A DNA stretch of 64,000 bases from an uncultured Christensenella sp. (lineage in GTDB: Bacteria > Bacillota > Clostridia > Christensenellales > UBA3700): NCBI GenBank assembly GCA_949287655.1, contig CASEHD010000003.1, positions 6,897 to 70,896 of the forward strand. The letters are read 5' to 3'. Below are positions 56,153 through 64,000 of this stretch, piece after piece. The notes under the pieces were generated by a model that worked only from the letters and a program-made list of their open reading frames with translations, ran no database searches and was not told the origin of the DNA. Every line of letters begins with the position of its first letter. Position 1 is the stretch's first letter. The position numbers were made by a program, and so were the translations under genes.

Positions 56153-56866
56153 TTATTTTTTAAGCCGGATGAGATACTCGGCATTCTTACCTTCTCTCTC
56201 AGGAGCATTCGTTATGCCGAGAATTTCCGCTCCCAATCCCTCGGCGAAAGCGCGTATGTCGTTTACTACCGCGGTTCTTACTTTTTCCGACAGGACAAGT
56301 CCGGTTTTGGACAGATTTTTTCTTCCCGCCTCATACTGCGGCTTTATCAACGCGACTATTTCGCCGCCCTTCTTTACGACCGAATAAACGGGCGGAAGCA
56401 CCAGTTTAAGCGATATAAAGCTTACGTCCACGCAGGCAAATTCACATTCTTCGCCCAAAACCGCGGCGCTTAATTCGCGCGCGTTGAAATTGTCGACCAC
56501 GACTACGCGGGGATCGTTTTTAAGCTTTTCGTCAAAAGCGCAGTCCGCAACGTCTACGGCGTAAACTTTAGCCGCGCCGTGCGACAGCAGACAGTCAGTA
56601 AAACCTCCGTTTGACGCGCCTACGTCGACGCACACTTTGTTTTTTACGTCGAGTTTGAAATCGTTGAAAGCCTTTTCGAGTTTATCGCCGCCTCGCGAAG
56701 CGAAGCGGTACTCCCGTTCAACGGATACTTTGTCGCCGTCCTTTATATTTAAGGAAGACTTTTTCACGGCAACTCCGTTTACGTTCACGAAACCGTCAGC
56801 GATCATATTCGCCGCTTTTGTGCGGCTGTATCCGTATTTGTCGCTGAGATACAAATCGAGTCTCAC
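56153..56866 (-). CDS. tlyA: TlyA-family rRNA 2'-O-methyltransferase
   Basis: S4-like N-terminus plus FtsJ-type SAM motif 'CVDVGASNGGFTD'. Confidence 0.85.
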   Translation of the reverse strand: MRLDLYLSDKYGYSRTKAANMIADGFVNVNGVAVKKSSLNIKDGDKVSVEREYRFASRGGDKLEKAFNDFKLDVKNKVCVDVGASNGGFTDCLLSHGAAKVYAVDVADCAFDEKLKNDPRVVVVDNFNARELSAAVLGEECEFACVDVSFISLKLVLPPVYSVVKKGGEIVALIKPQYEAGRKNLSKTGLVLSEKVRTAVVNDIRAFAEGLGAEILGITNAPEREGKNAEYLIRLKK

Positions 56867-58546
56867 GCTGTCACCTTAGAGAAAATCTTTTCGGCAATGC
56901 TTTCGGGGTCAATGCCCGTCGCCTTCATTATATATCCGACGCTGCCCTGCGGATAGGGCTTTTCGTCGAACGCGAATACGGTGACATCCGCGTTTACGTC
57001 GCTTTCTGAATAGTATGCGACGATTCCTTCGCCGAAACCGCCCGTTTTTACTCCGTCTTCAAGCGTGAATATACGCTTTTCTTTTATAGAATCGAGAAGC
57101 TCCTTGTCAAGCGGCTTTACGAAACGTGCGTTGACGACGTCTGCCGCAACGCCTTTTCCTTTTAATATCTCAGCGGCGGCAACGGCGGTAGCGACGCTTA
57201 CCGCGCCGGTCGCAAGGATGACGACATCCTCTTTGCCTTCCGTAAGATATTCCCATTTGCCGACCTTAATCGGCGTATGCACGGCATATTTGTGGCAGTC
57301 TTCCGCCTTCGGATAGCGTATCGCAAGCGGAGTTTTGCAGTCGAGCGACCATTTAAGCGCGGATTTTAGTTCTTCTCCGTCCTTCGGGCATATCACTGTA
57401 AGATCGGGAAGCGCGCGCATGAACGATATGTCGAAAACTCCCTGGTGAGTCTCGCCGTCGCCCGCGACTATGCCGCATCTGTCAACGAGAAGCGTAACCG
57501 GCAAAGAGTTCAGACAGACGTCGTGTATCAGCTGATCGTACGCCCTTTGAAGAAAGGTCGAATATACGGCGAAATATGGCTTTTTACCGCCGAGCGCAAG
57601 TCCCGCGGACATACACATCGCATGCGCTTCTGCAATGCCTACGTCTGCAAATCTGTCCGGAAAGCGCTTTTCGAATTCGTCAAGCCCGGTACCCGACGCC
57701 ATCGCGGCGGTTACCGCATAGACGTTTTTATCTTTTTGTGCAAGCTTGCACAAGGTCTCGCCCGCTATCTGCGAAAAAGTAGGATATTTTTGCGCCGACG
57801 GAGAATAGCCGTGGTATTTTTCGGGATCGTTTTCCGCCTCTGAATACCCCTTGCCTTTCTTTGTAAGAATGTGGACCATCACGGGTTCGTCCGCCGCTTT
57901 AGCCTTGCCGAATGCGCGGACAAGCGCCTTTATATCGTGGCCGTCCACTACGCCGATATATTTAAGATTGAACAAAGAGAACGGGCGTTTTACTCTTTCG
58001 CGTCTGAGCCTTTCTAAGTAATTTGAGATGAGTCCGACGTTTCTCGAAATGCTCATCTCGTTGTCGTTGAGCACGATTATCTGTTTATGACCCGTGCCGG
58101 CGAGGTCGTTCAGCGCTTCGTAAGCGAGCCCGCCCGTCATTGCGCCGTCCGCCGTTAAGCGCTCTCGCAAGTCCGCACGCGATCGAAAGCGAAGTCGAAG
58201 CGTGCCCTGTGTTGGCGACGTCGTATTCGCTTTCCTGCGTTTTCGGGAAGCCTGAGATGCCTGCGTCTCCTCTTAAAGTCCCCAGAAGGTCCTTTCTTCC
58301 GGTAAGTATCTTGTGGGCGTAACATTGATGACCTACATCGAAAATTATCTTGTCTTTGGGCGCGTCGAACACGTAATGCAGCGCGACGACCGCCTCGACA
58401 GCGCCGAGATTGGACGAAAGATGTCCGCCGCATTCGAATACGGTCTTTAAAATCAGTTCTCTGATCTCACCGCAAAGAATATCCAGCTGACCGTAGTTCA
58501 GCTTTTTAATGTCTTTGGGATAATTGACCTTTTCGAGAATGCTCAT
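56863..58546 (-). pseudogene. dxs: 1-deoxy-D-xylulose-5-phosphate synthase, split by a frameshift/short deletion
   Basis: The N-terminal 153-aa ORF (58085..58546; 'GGHLSSNLGAVE', 'VGHQCYAHKILTGR', 'GHASTSLS') and the C-terminal 435-aa ORF (56863..58170; 'DGAMTGGLAYEALN', 'VLNDNEMSIS') are in different frames. They abut near 58146..58157. Confidence 0.8.
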
Positions 58547-59139
58547 AGCCGTTTCCTTTTGAATATTTTAATCAAGGCGTTCAGCCTTGCCGCCGTAAAA
58601 AGAACGATGTTTCTGCTGTTTCTGACCGCGATCCGCTTGCAGAACGCCTTGCCGCCGACGGTTACCGAGGCTATCACGGCGGATACGAGTATCGAAGGCA
58701 GAAAAGCGTCCGTGCCGAACGCGTCGGACAGAACCGCGACAATGCTGGCGCCGCACGCACCGCTCATAACGCCGCAGATATCGCCTATCACGTCCGCGCA
58801 AAAATTATTGACTTTTTCGGCGTTGGAAATAAGCGCTTTCGCGACTTTGAGCGTACCCTTGTTTTTAACCGCGGTCTCATCGACGGCGCAGGCGGAACAA
58901 GACGCGACGCTTACTCCTATTACATCAAAAATTATACTAGTAATTATCATAAAAATCAACAACATTGTTGCAATAAGTATGTTGCTGCCTCCGACCGCGA
59001 CCTGAGAAAGAACGCTGGATATAAGCGAAAGAATAAAAGTCAGCACAACGATTTTCAGCGCCCAGTCGGCAGAACGTCGTCCCGAGCGTTTTCGTTTACC
59101 TTTGCTTTTATTGTTGTAAAAACCGAATAATTTAGCCAC
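58543..59139 (-). CDS. hypothetical membrane protein
   Basis: Basic N-terminus, 4 predicted TM helices, Cys-containing helices. 4-nt overlap with the dxs start. No family recognised. Confidence 0.5.
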   Translation of the reverse strand: MAKLFGFYNNKSKGKRKRSGRRSADWALKIVVLTFILSLISSVLSQVAVGGSNILIATMLLIFMIITSIIFDVIGVSVASCSACAVDETAVKNKGTLKVAKALISNAEKVNNFCADVIGDICGVMSGACGASIVAVLSDAFGTDAFLPSILVSAVIASVTVGGKAFCKRIAVRNSRNIVLFTAARLNALIKIFKRKRL

Positions 59140-59241
59140 GGTAAATTATATTTTGGAAATCTATCAAAATTACCATAATGCAAAAAAGTACCGCGCAATG
59201 CGGTACTTTATCCGATATATCGATATCGCCGTTTTTATTTA

Positions 59242-60114
59242 TCAATAGTTTCTGCCGACAAGATAATGACAAAGTCTTATCAGCTTGTCCGCTTTTTCGC
59301 CGTATTTTGAGACGCATGAGACCGCGCGCATCGTGTAATCCTTAGCCTTGCTCTCCGCTTCCTTCACCCCGAACATCGCGACATAAGTCTTTTTATCGCT
59401 CTTTTCGTCGCTTTTCACGTTCTTTCCGAGTACGGCTTCTGTCGACGTACAGTCGAGAATGTCGTCGGTTATCTGATAAGCTACTCCCATATAGTCGGCA
59501 AAATTGAGAAGATCTATCTCCTCTTCCTTAGTGCAGCCGCATGATACGGCGCCGGAAAGAAGCGCGGCTATCAGAAGTCCCGATGTTTTTTTAGAATACA
59601 TAGAAAGCAACGACTTTTCGTCGCAACCCGCGCCGTTGTTTTCGGTCACGTCCATACATTGACCGCCGATCATGCCCGTCGTTCCCGCATATTTAGCGAT
59701 ATAGCTTGCCGCGAGCACGTCCCGCGAGGAATTAATCGTCTCCATAAGCACTTCGTACGCGGAATTCAGCATCGCGTCGCCGGCAAGCAGCGCGACCGCT
59801 TCGCCGAACTTTACGTGAGTCGTCGGTTTTCCGCGGCGCAGCGTGTCGTTGTCCATGCACGGCAGGTCGTCGTGGATCAGCGAATACCCGTGTATGAGTT
59901 CGACCGCGAGCGCGAAGTCCTGAACCTCTTCGCACGATTTTCCCGCAAACTCCGCTCCCAGATAGCAAAGCATCGGGCGCAGTCTCTTTCCACCGCCCGT
60001 CATAGCGTACGCGACAGCCTCTTTTACGGGAGACGGACAATCCAGCCTGTGGATAAGGTAATCGTCTAAAGTTGCGTTGAATATTCCGGCATATACGCCG
60101 ATAATGTCTTTCAT
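59242..60114 (-). CDS. ispA: farnesyl diphosphate synthase (polyprenyl synthetase)
   Basis: First Asp-rich motif 'LIHDDLPCMDND'. Second Asp-rich motif 'QITDDILD'. Confidence 0.9.
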   Translation of the reverse strand: MKDIIGVYAGIFNATLDDYLIHRLDCPSPVKEAVAYAMTGGGKRLRPMLCYLGAEFAGKSCEEVQDFALAVELIHGYSLIHDDLPCMDNDTLRRGKPTTHVKFGEAVALLAGDAMLNSAYEVLMETINSSRDVLAASYIAKYAGTTGMIGGQCMDVTENNGAGCDEKSLLSMYSKKTSGLLIAALLSGAVSCGCTKEEEIDLLNFADYMGVAYQITDDILDCTSTEAVLGKNVKSDEKSDKKTYVAMFGVKEAESKAKDYTMRAVSCVSKYGEKADKLIRLCHYLVGRNY

Positions 60115-60347
60115 CAGTTGTTATCCGCCTTAAAATCGTTTTTTTGCAGGTTGTCGAGTTCTCCTTTGAGTTCGGTTATCTTTCCGTTCGCCTCGTCCAG
60201 CTTAGCCTTGCACAGCGATGAAAGTTTTACGCCTTCTTCAAAGAGTTTAATCCCTTCGTCCACCGTGGTTTCGGGGTTTTCGAGTTTTTCGGTTATCTCG
60301 TCTATTCTCGCCAGCATGCTTTCAAAAGATCTTTCATCCTTTTTCAT
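60114..60347 (-). CDS. xseB: exodeoxyribonuclease VII small subunit
   Basis: 'FESMLARIDEITEKLEN...L.EGIKLFEEGVKL'. Start moved to ATG 60347 (GAGGTGA 4 nt upstream) rather than 60368, which lies inside xseA. Confidence 0.85.
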   Translation of the reverse strand: MKKDERSFESMLARIDEITEKLENPETTVDEGIKLFEEGVKLSSLCKAKLDEANGKITELKGELDNLQKNDFKADNN

Positions 60348-60351
60348 ATCG

Positions 60352-61548
60352 TCACCTCTTTTCTCCAACGGTCACGTTGTTTACCGTCGCTTGCGCATAC
60401 CCGTCGCCCGAATTTACCGTTATATTGTCGCCGACGGATAGCTGCGCTATATTTCTTATTCTTCCTTTTTCGCCTGTTAGCGTGAAAAAGCCTTTTTCAA
60501 GTATTGATACCGGATTTGCCGCGCCGAGAGAGGTCAGAGACTTTTCATATCTCACTCTCTTATCCCTGAGCAGATTTTCAGCCGCGCCGCGCATATACTC
60601 AGAAGAAAGCGCGAACGCCGCGAAAGACGCGGTATTTCTCGCCGAAGCCGCCGCCAGCATGCGCCTTGACGCCGTAGAAAGGTTTCTTGCGCTTGCCGAC
60701 ACTTTGTCTGTAAGCAGACTTTTCGCACGCGCCGCGAAAGCCGAAAGCTCTTCTCTTATAGCGGTCGTATCGTAAGCTATGAGTTCCGCCGCCGCGGTAG
60801 GCGTTGCCGCTCTTGCGTCCGCGACAAGGTCGCACAGCGTGTAGTCTGTCTCGTGTCCGACAGCCGAAATTATCGGTGTTTTTGCCGCGTATATGCTCCT
60901 CACAAGCTTTTCGTCGTTGAACGGCATGAGATCTTCCCGAGATCCGCCTCCTCGGGCTATTATTATCACGTCGAATCCCAGTTCGTCCGTTACCCGAAGC
61001 GCATTGACAATGCTTGACGCGCTGTTTTCGCCTTGCACCTGCACTCCGTACACATTTATATCTATTACTTCGTTATAACGCCTTACCGTTGTGATTATAT
61101 CGCGTATAACCGCGCCCGTCGTCGAAGTCAGAACGCATACGTTTCTGCAATACGCGGGCAGTCTTTTTTTGTGTTCTTCCGCAAACAGTCCTTCTTTCAG
61201 AAGCTTGTTTTTCAGCTCTTCCAGCTGCATTGCGAGAAGCCCCGCGCCGTACGGCGTTATCCTGTCCGCGTTCAGACTCAGCCTGCCGTTTTTGCCGTAA
61301 TACGATACGCTTCCGCGCACGATTATCAGCTCTCCGTTTTTCGGTACGTATGTTTTGGCGCAGTTGAAGCTGTTGCAGGCAATCTGCGCGTCTTTGTCCT
61401 TCAAAGTAAAATAGGCGTGCCCGCGAACGACGCTTATGCCGCTGACCTCGCCTACCACGTCTATATCGTGCAGCATTTCCTCCGCAACGAAGACGTTGTG
61501 AATATACATATTGACTATGCTTACGCTGAGATATTTCGGCGAGTTCAT
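60352..61548 (-). CDS. xseA: exodeoxyribonuclease VII large subunit
   Basis: OB-fold N-terminus 'VVGEVSGISVVRGHAYFTLKD'. Catalytic region 'IIIARGGGSREDL'. Confidence 0.9.
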   Translation of the reverse strand: MNSPKYLSVSIVNMYIHNVFVAEEMLHDIDVVGEVSGISVVRGHAYFTLKDKDAQIACNSFNCAKTYVPKNGELIIVRGSVSYYGKNGRLSLNADRITPYGAGLLAMQLEELKNKLLKEGLFAEEHKKRLPAYCRNVCVLTSTTGAVIRDIITTVRRYNEVIDINVYGVQVQGENSASSIVNALRVTDELGFDVIIIARGGGSREDLMPFNDEKLVRSIYAAKTPIISAVGHETDYTLCDLVADARAATPTAAAELIAYDTTAIREELSAFAARAKSLLTDKVSASARNLSTASRRMLAAASARNTASFAAFALSSEYMRGAAENLLRDKRVRYEKSLTSLGAANPVSILEKGFFTLTGEKGRIRNIAQLSVGDNITVNSGDGYAQATVNNVTVGEKR

Positions 61549-62399
61549 CTTTCAGCCTTAGCCGTTGCCGCCCGTAAAGTGTTGGCAAGAAGCATCGTTA
61601 TTGTCATCGGTCCGACGCCGCCCGGCACCGGAGTTATGAAAGACGCCTTTTTCTCTACGTTTTCAAAGTCGACGTCGCCTACCAGTTTGCCGTCCACGCG
61701 GTTTATACCGACGTCTATCACGATCGCGCCGTCCTTGACCATGTCTGCGGTCACGAATTTGGGTCTGCCGATAGCCGCGACAAGGATATCCGCCCTTGAC
61801 GTTATTTCTTTAAGATCTTTTGTCTTGCTGTGGCATACCGTGACCGTGCAGTCGGAGTTGAGCAAAAGCATTGCCATCGGCTTTCCGACCGTATTGCTTC
61901 TTCCGATGACGACAGCGTTCTTGCCGGAAAGATCTACGCCCGTCGTTTCAAGCATTTTCATCACGCCGAACGGCGTGCACGAGATCGTCCCAGGTCTGTT
62001 CATCGCGAGAAGTCCGAGGTTTGTCGGCGAAAAACCGTCGACGTCTTTTTCGTCGGGTATAAGTTCAAGTATCCTTTTTTCGTCGTAGCCTGCCGGAAGA
62101 GGCAGCTGAACGAGTATTCCGTCCACCGAATCGTCGCCTGCAAGCGTTTTGACCGTGTTTTCTATCTCCGACTGCGCGACGCCGTCCGCGTATTCGTAGT
62201 GAAGAGATCTCATTCCGACCTCTGCGCAGCCCTTTATCTTATTTCTCACGTATGTCTGCGACGCGGGATCTTCCCCAACGATTATTACTGCAAGGCAAGG
62301 CTTTCTGCCGTATTTTTCTTCAAAAGCTTTTACGTCTTCCTTTATCTTCGATCGGGTATCCGCAGCGACCTCTTTACCGTATATCAACATATCAGTCAT
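61545..62399 (-). CDS. folD: bifunctional methylenetetrahydrofolate dehydrogenase/cyclohydrolase
   Basis: 'VGEDPASQTYV', 'GRSNTVGKPMAMLL', 'PVPGGVGPMT'. Confidence 0.95.
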   Translation of the reverse strand: MTDMLIYGKEVAADTRSKIKEDVKAFEEKYGRKPCLAVIIVGEDPASQTYVRNKIKGCAEVGMRSLHYEYADGVAQSEIENTVKTLAGDDSVDGILVQLPLPAGYDEKRILELIPDEKDVDGFSPTNLGLLAMNRPGTISCTPFGVMKMLETTGVDLSGKNAVVIGRSNTVGKPMAMLLLNSDCTVTVCHSKTKDLKEITSRADILVAAIGRPKFVTADMVKDGAIVIDVGINRVDGKLVGDVDFENVEKKASFITPVPGGVGPMTITMLLANTLRAATAKAER

Positions 62400-62808
62400 T
62401 CCCTCCGATCTGCTTTAAAATTCCCGCGAGCACGCCGTTTACGAAAACGTAGCTGTCAGGCATGGAGTACGTTTTTACTATATCCAGGATCTCGCTGATC
62501 GAAACCGCCGGCGGGATATCCGGCATAAACATTAATTCGTACGTTGCGAGAAGCAACGCAGCGAGGTCGGGTTTAAAAATACGTTCAATGCTGAAATTGC
62601 GCGAATTCGCGCCGATAAGCTCTGAAAGTTCTTCATAACGCTCTTTCACTCCGCCGACGACGTTCTTTATATAGTCTTTATCCGCCACGGTGATCTCGCT
62701 GTCCGCGAATACCGTATCCATGGTCGGGGAACTTTCCTGATTATCCTTATTGAAAAGCCACTCGAAAACGAGTTTGTACGCGTAATCGCGCGCCTTTTTT
62801 CTGCTCAT
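62392..62808 (-). CDS. nusB: transcription antitermination factor NusB
   Basis: 138 aa: 'RKKARDYAYKLVFEW', 'AALLLATYELMF', 'VFVNGVLAGI'. Conserved position upstream of folD. Confidence 0.9.
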   Translation of the reverse strand: MSRKKARDYAYKLVFEWLFNKDNQESSPTMDTVFADSEITVADKDYIKNVVGGVKERYEELSELIGANSRNFSIERIFKPDLAALLLATYELMFMPDIPPAVSISEILDIVKTYSMPDSYVFVNGVLAGILKQIGGND

Positions 62809-62868
62809 ATGTCTCTCCGTCGGAAACCCTCCGGCGCATAATACGCCGAAGGGTCCTTAAATTTTTCG

Positions 62869-63216
62869 TCAGTTGGAATAAACTACGCCCGCTACGTTGA
62901 CGTTTATCGCCCTTACCTTATATGAAGTCGCTTTTTCGACTTCGTTCTTGATTTTTTCCTGAAGACTTGCCACTACCCTGGGGATAACGTAACCGTAATA
63001 TACGTTTACCGACACGTCGATTATCGCGGTCATATCGTCGTACAGCTCTACCGAAATAGCTGTGCTCTTCTTATTTTTACCCAGCTTTATGTTTTTTGAC
63101 AGACCCGCTTCGTACGATACGGAAGCAATACCGTCGACCTGAGACGCCGCGCTGCCCGCAACCGAAGTTATGATGCTGACGTAGGTCTCCCTGGCCTGAT
63201 AGTTGTCCTGTGACAT
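62869..63216 (-). CDS. Asp23/Gls24-family envelope stress protein
   Basis: 115 aa: 'IITSVAGSAASQVDGIASV', 'VNVYYGYVIPRV..LQEKIKNEVE'. Same position as yqhY in Bacillus. Confidence 0.8.
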   Translation of the reverse strand: MSQDNYQARETYVSIITSVAGSAASQVDGIASVSYEAGLSKNIKLGKNKKSTAISVELYDDMTAIIDVSVNVYYGYVIPRVVASLQEKIKNEVEKATSYKVRAINVNVAGVVYSN

Positions 63217-63272
63217 ACCACACCTCCGAAATATGCTTTTATTGTATCATATCGCAGCGGGTTTGACAAGCG

Positions 63273-63806
63273 TTAAGCGGTATATGGGACTACAACGACC
63301 TCGCTTGCGGTATAATCGGTTTCTTCAAGTATCACGTTGAGTATCTGCGCGACTTCCTGCGCTTCCAGCTCGCTCTTGTTGATGATGACGTTGACGTTGT
63401 TCGTGCTCATTGTAACGACCGCGTCGTCAAAACCTTTCGCCTTGATGAGGCTCTCAATGACGAGTTCCGCTTCTATATTGTTCAGAAGATCCTCTCTCAT
63501 CGTCTCGGCGGTAGCCTTCGCTTCTTCGGTCGAGGTCTCGGATGCGATGATCGCGTCGAGATAGCTCATCTCTTCGGCTCTCGCGGTCTCGCGGCTGGTG
63601 CGGTATGTATTGAAAAAGGTCTCGACCACGTCGCCGCCGGTCGTCTGCCCTCCGTCGTCCGTCTTTGAGAACCAGTCGCTGTTCAGCGCGAAATTAAGCA
63701 CGCCGGTTAGTACCAGAAGCGCTACCATACTGCAAAGGATGATCACCTTTTTTGCATTTGAGGAAAGTTGCTTTTTAACTTTCACTGCCTGAGTTTGTTC
63801 TGCCAT
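63273..63806 (-). CDS. spoIIIAH: stage III sporulation protein AH
   Basis: N-terminal TM, 'FFNTYRTSRETARAEEMSYLDAII', 'AELVIESLIKAKGFDDAVV'. Last gene of the spoIIIA operon by position. Confidence 0.8.
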   Translation of the reverse strand: MAEQTQAVKVKKQLSSNAKKVIILCSMVALLVLTGVLNFALNSDWFSKTDDGGQTTGGDVVETFFNTYRTSRETARAEEMSYLDAIIASETSTEEAKATAETMREDLLNNIEAELVIESLIKAKGFDDAVVTMSTNNVNVIINKSELEAQEVAQILNVILEETDYTASEVVVVPYTA

Positions 63807-63897
63807 AAAATACCTCCATGGATCGAAAAATATATATTTTGCGCCTTACGGCTTTTTGCCTTTTTCTTATTCCCAAAATATTATATTAACTGTCAAT

Positions 63898-64000
63898 TCA
63901 TTTTATACACTTTGATTTTGCTTCCGTCGACTTTGAGCAGCGCACATATCGCGTCTATTATCTTTAGCTTTACCGCGACGTCGTCACCGCCTTCCGCAAC
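63898..64000 (-). CDS. spoIIIAG: stage III sporulation protein AG, C-terminal fragment (runs off the window)
   Basis: Minus-frame end '...VAEGGDDVAVKLKIIDAICALLKVDGSKIKVYKMN*'. The 'VAEGG' tail pattern and the position before spoIIIAH support the call. Confidence 0.55.

Noticed and set aside
60348-60368. Longer xseB start overlapping xseA.
   Set aside because: ATG 60347 has a GAGGTGA SD at ideal spacing and gives the typical ~77-aa product.

Overview
The window looks like chromosomal DNA from an endospore-forming Bacillota, Clostridia-like. Evidence: spoIIAA-spoIIAB-sigF; spoVAC/D/E; yunB; spoIVB; spoIIIAG/AH; and a block in the classic Bacillus order (spoIIIA, asp23, nusB, folD, xseAB, ispA, dxs, tlyA, nadK, argR, recN, spoIVB). 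Most of it is housekeeping: T-box-pheST, mutS2, nifS-thiI, PBP1A, miaB-mutS-mutL-miaA, lexA, rnhA, proC, tRNA-Trp, purB.

Five things stand out.

(1) A ~5.8-kb AT-rich element at 35418..41245 with inovirus (filamentous phage) gene order. It has a two-Tyr HUH Rep, a Zot/pI-like ATPase, a pIII-like Gly/Tyr-rich protein, small coat-like TM proteins and an XRE switch. It has no integrase of its own and is bounded by exact 20-bp direct repeats.

(2) Removing the element in silico regenerates a perfect 16-6-16 palindrome. This site lies 1.1 kb from a host-like 353-aa Xer-type tyrosine recombinase, in the zone where gene orientation flips from + to - (probable replication terminus). That suggests a dif-like site exploited by the phage (IMEX-style).

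(3) Three copies of an 18-nt SOS-box-like motif sit in an ORF-free gap beside lexA.

(4) A tight operon at the left edge (coiled-coil protein, atypical soluble Ser/Thr kinase with a duplicated C-terminal domain, transglutaminase-like protease, Zn-ribbon-TerD protein) is a candidate stress/conflict module.

(5) Smaller items: a 228-bp MITE-like element with 26-bp terminal inverted repeats plus a partial second copy; a dxs gene broken by a short deletion/frameshift; and a membrane-anchored PadR-like regulator.

No CRISPR array or rRNA was seen. All family assignments come from motif recognition by eye; no searches or computations were run.
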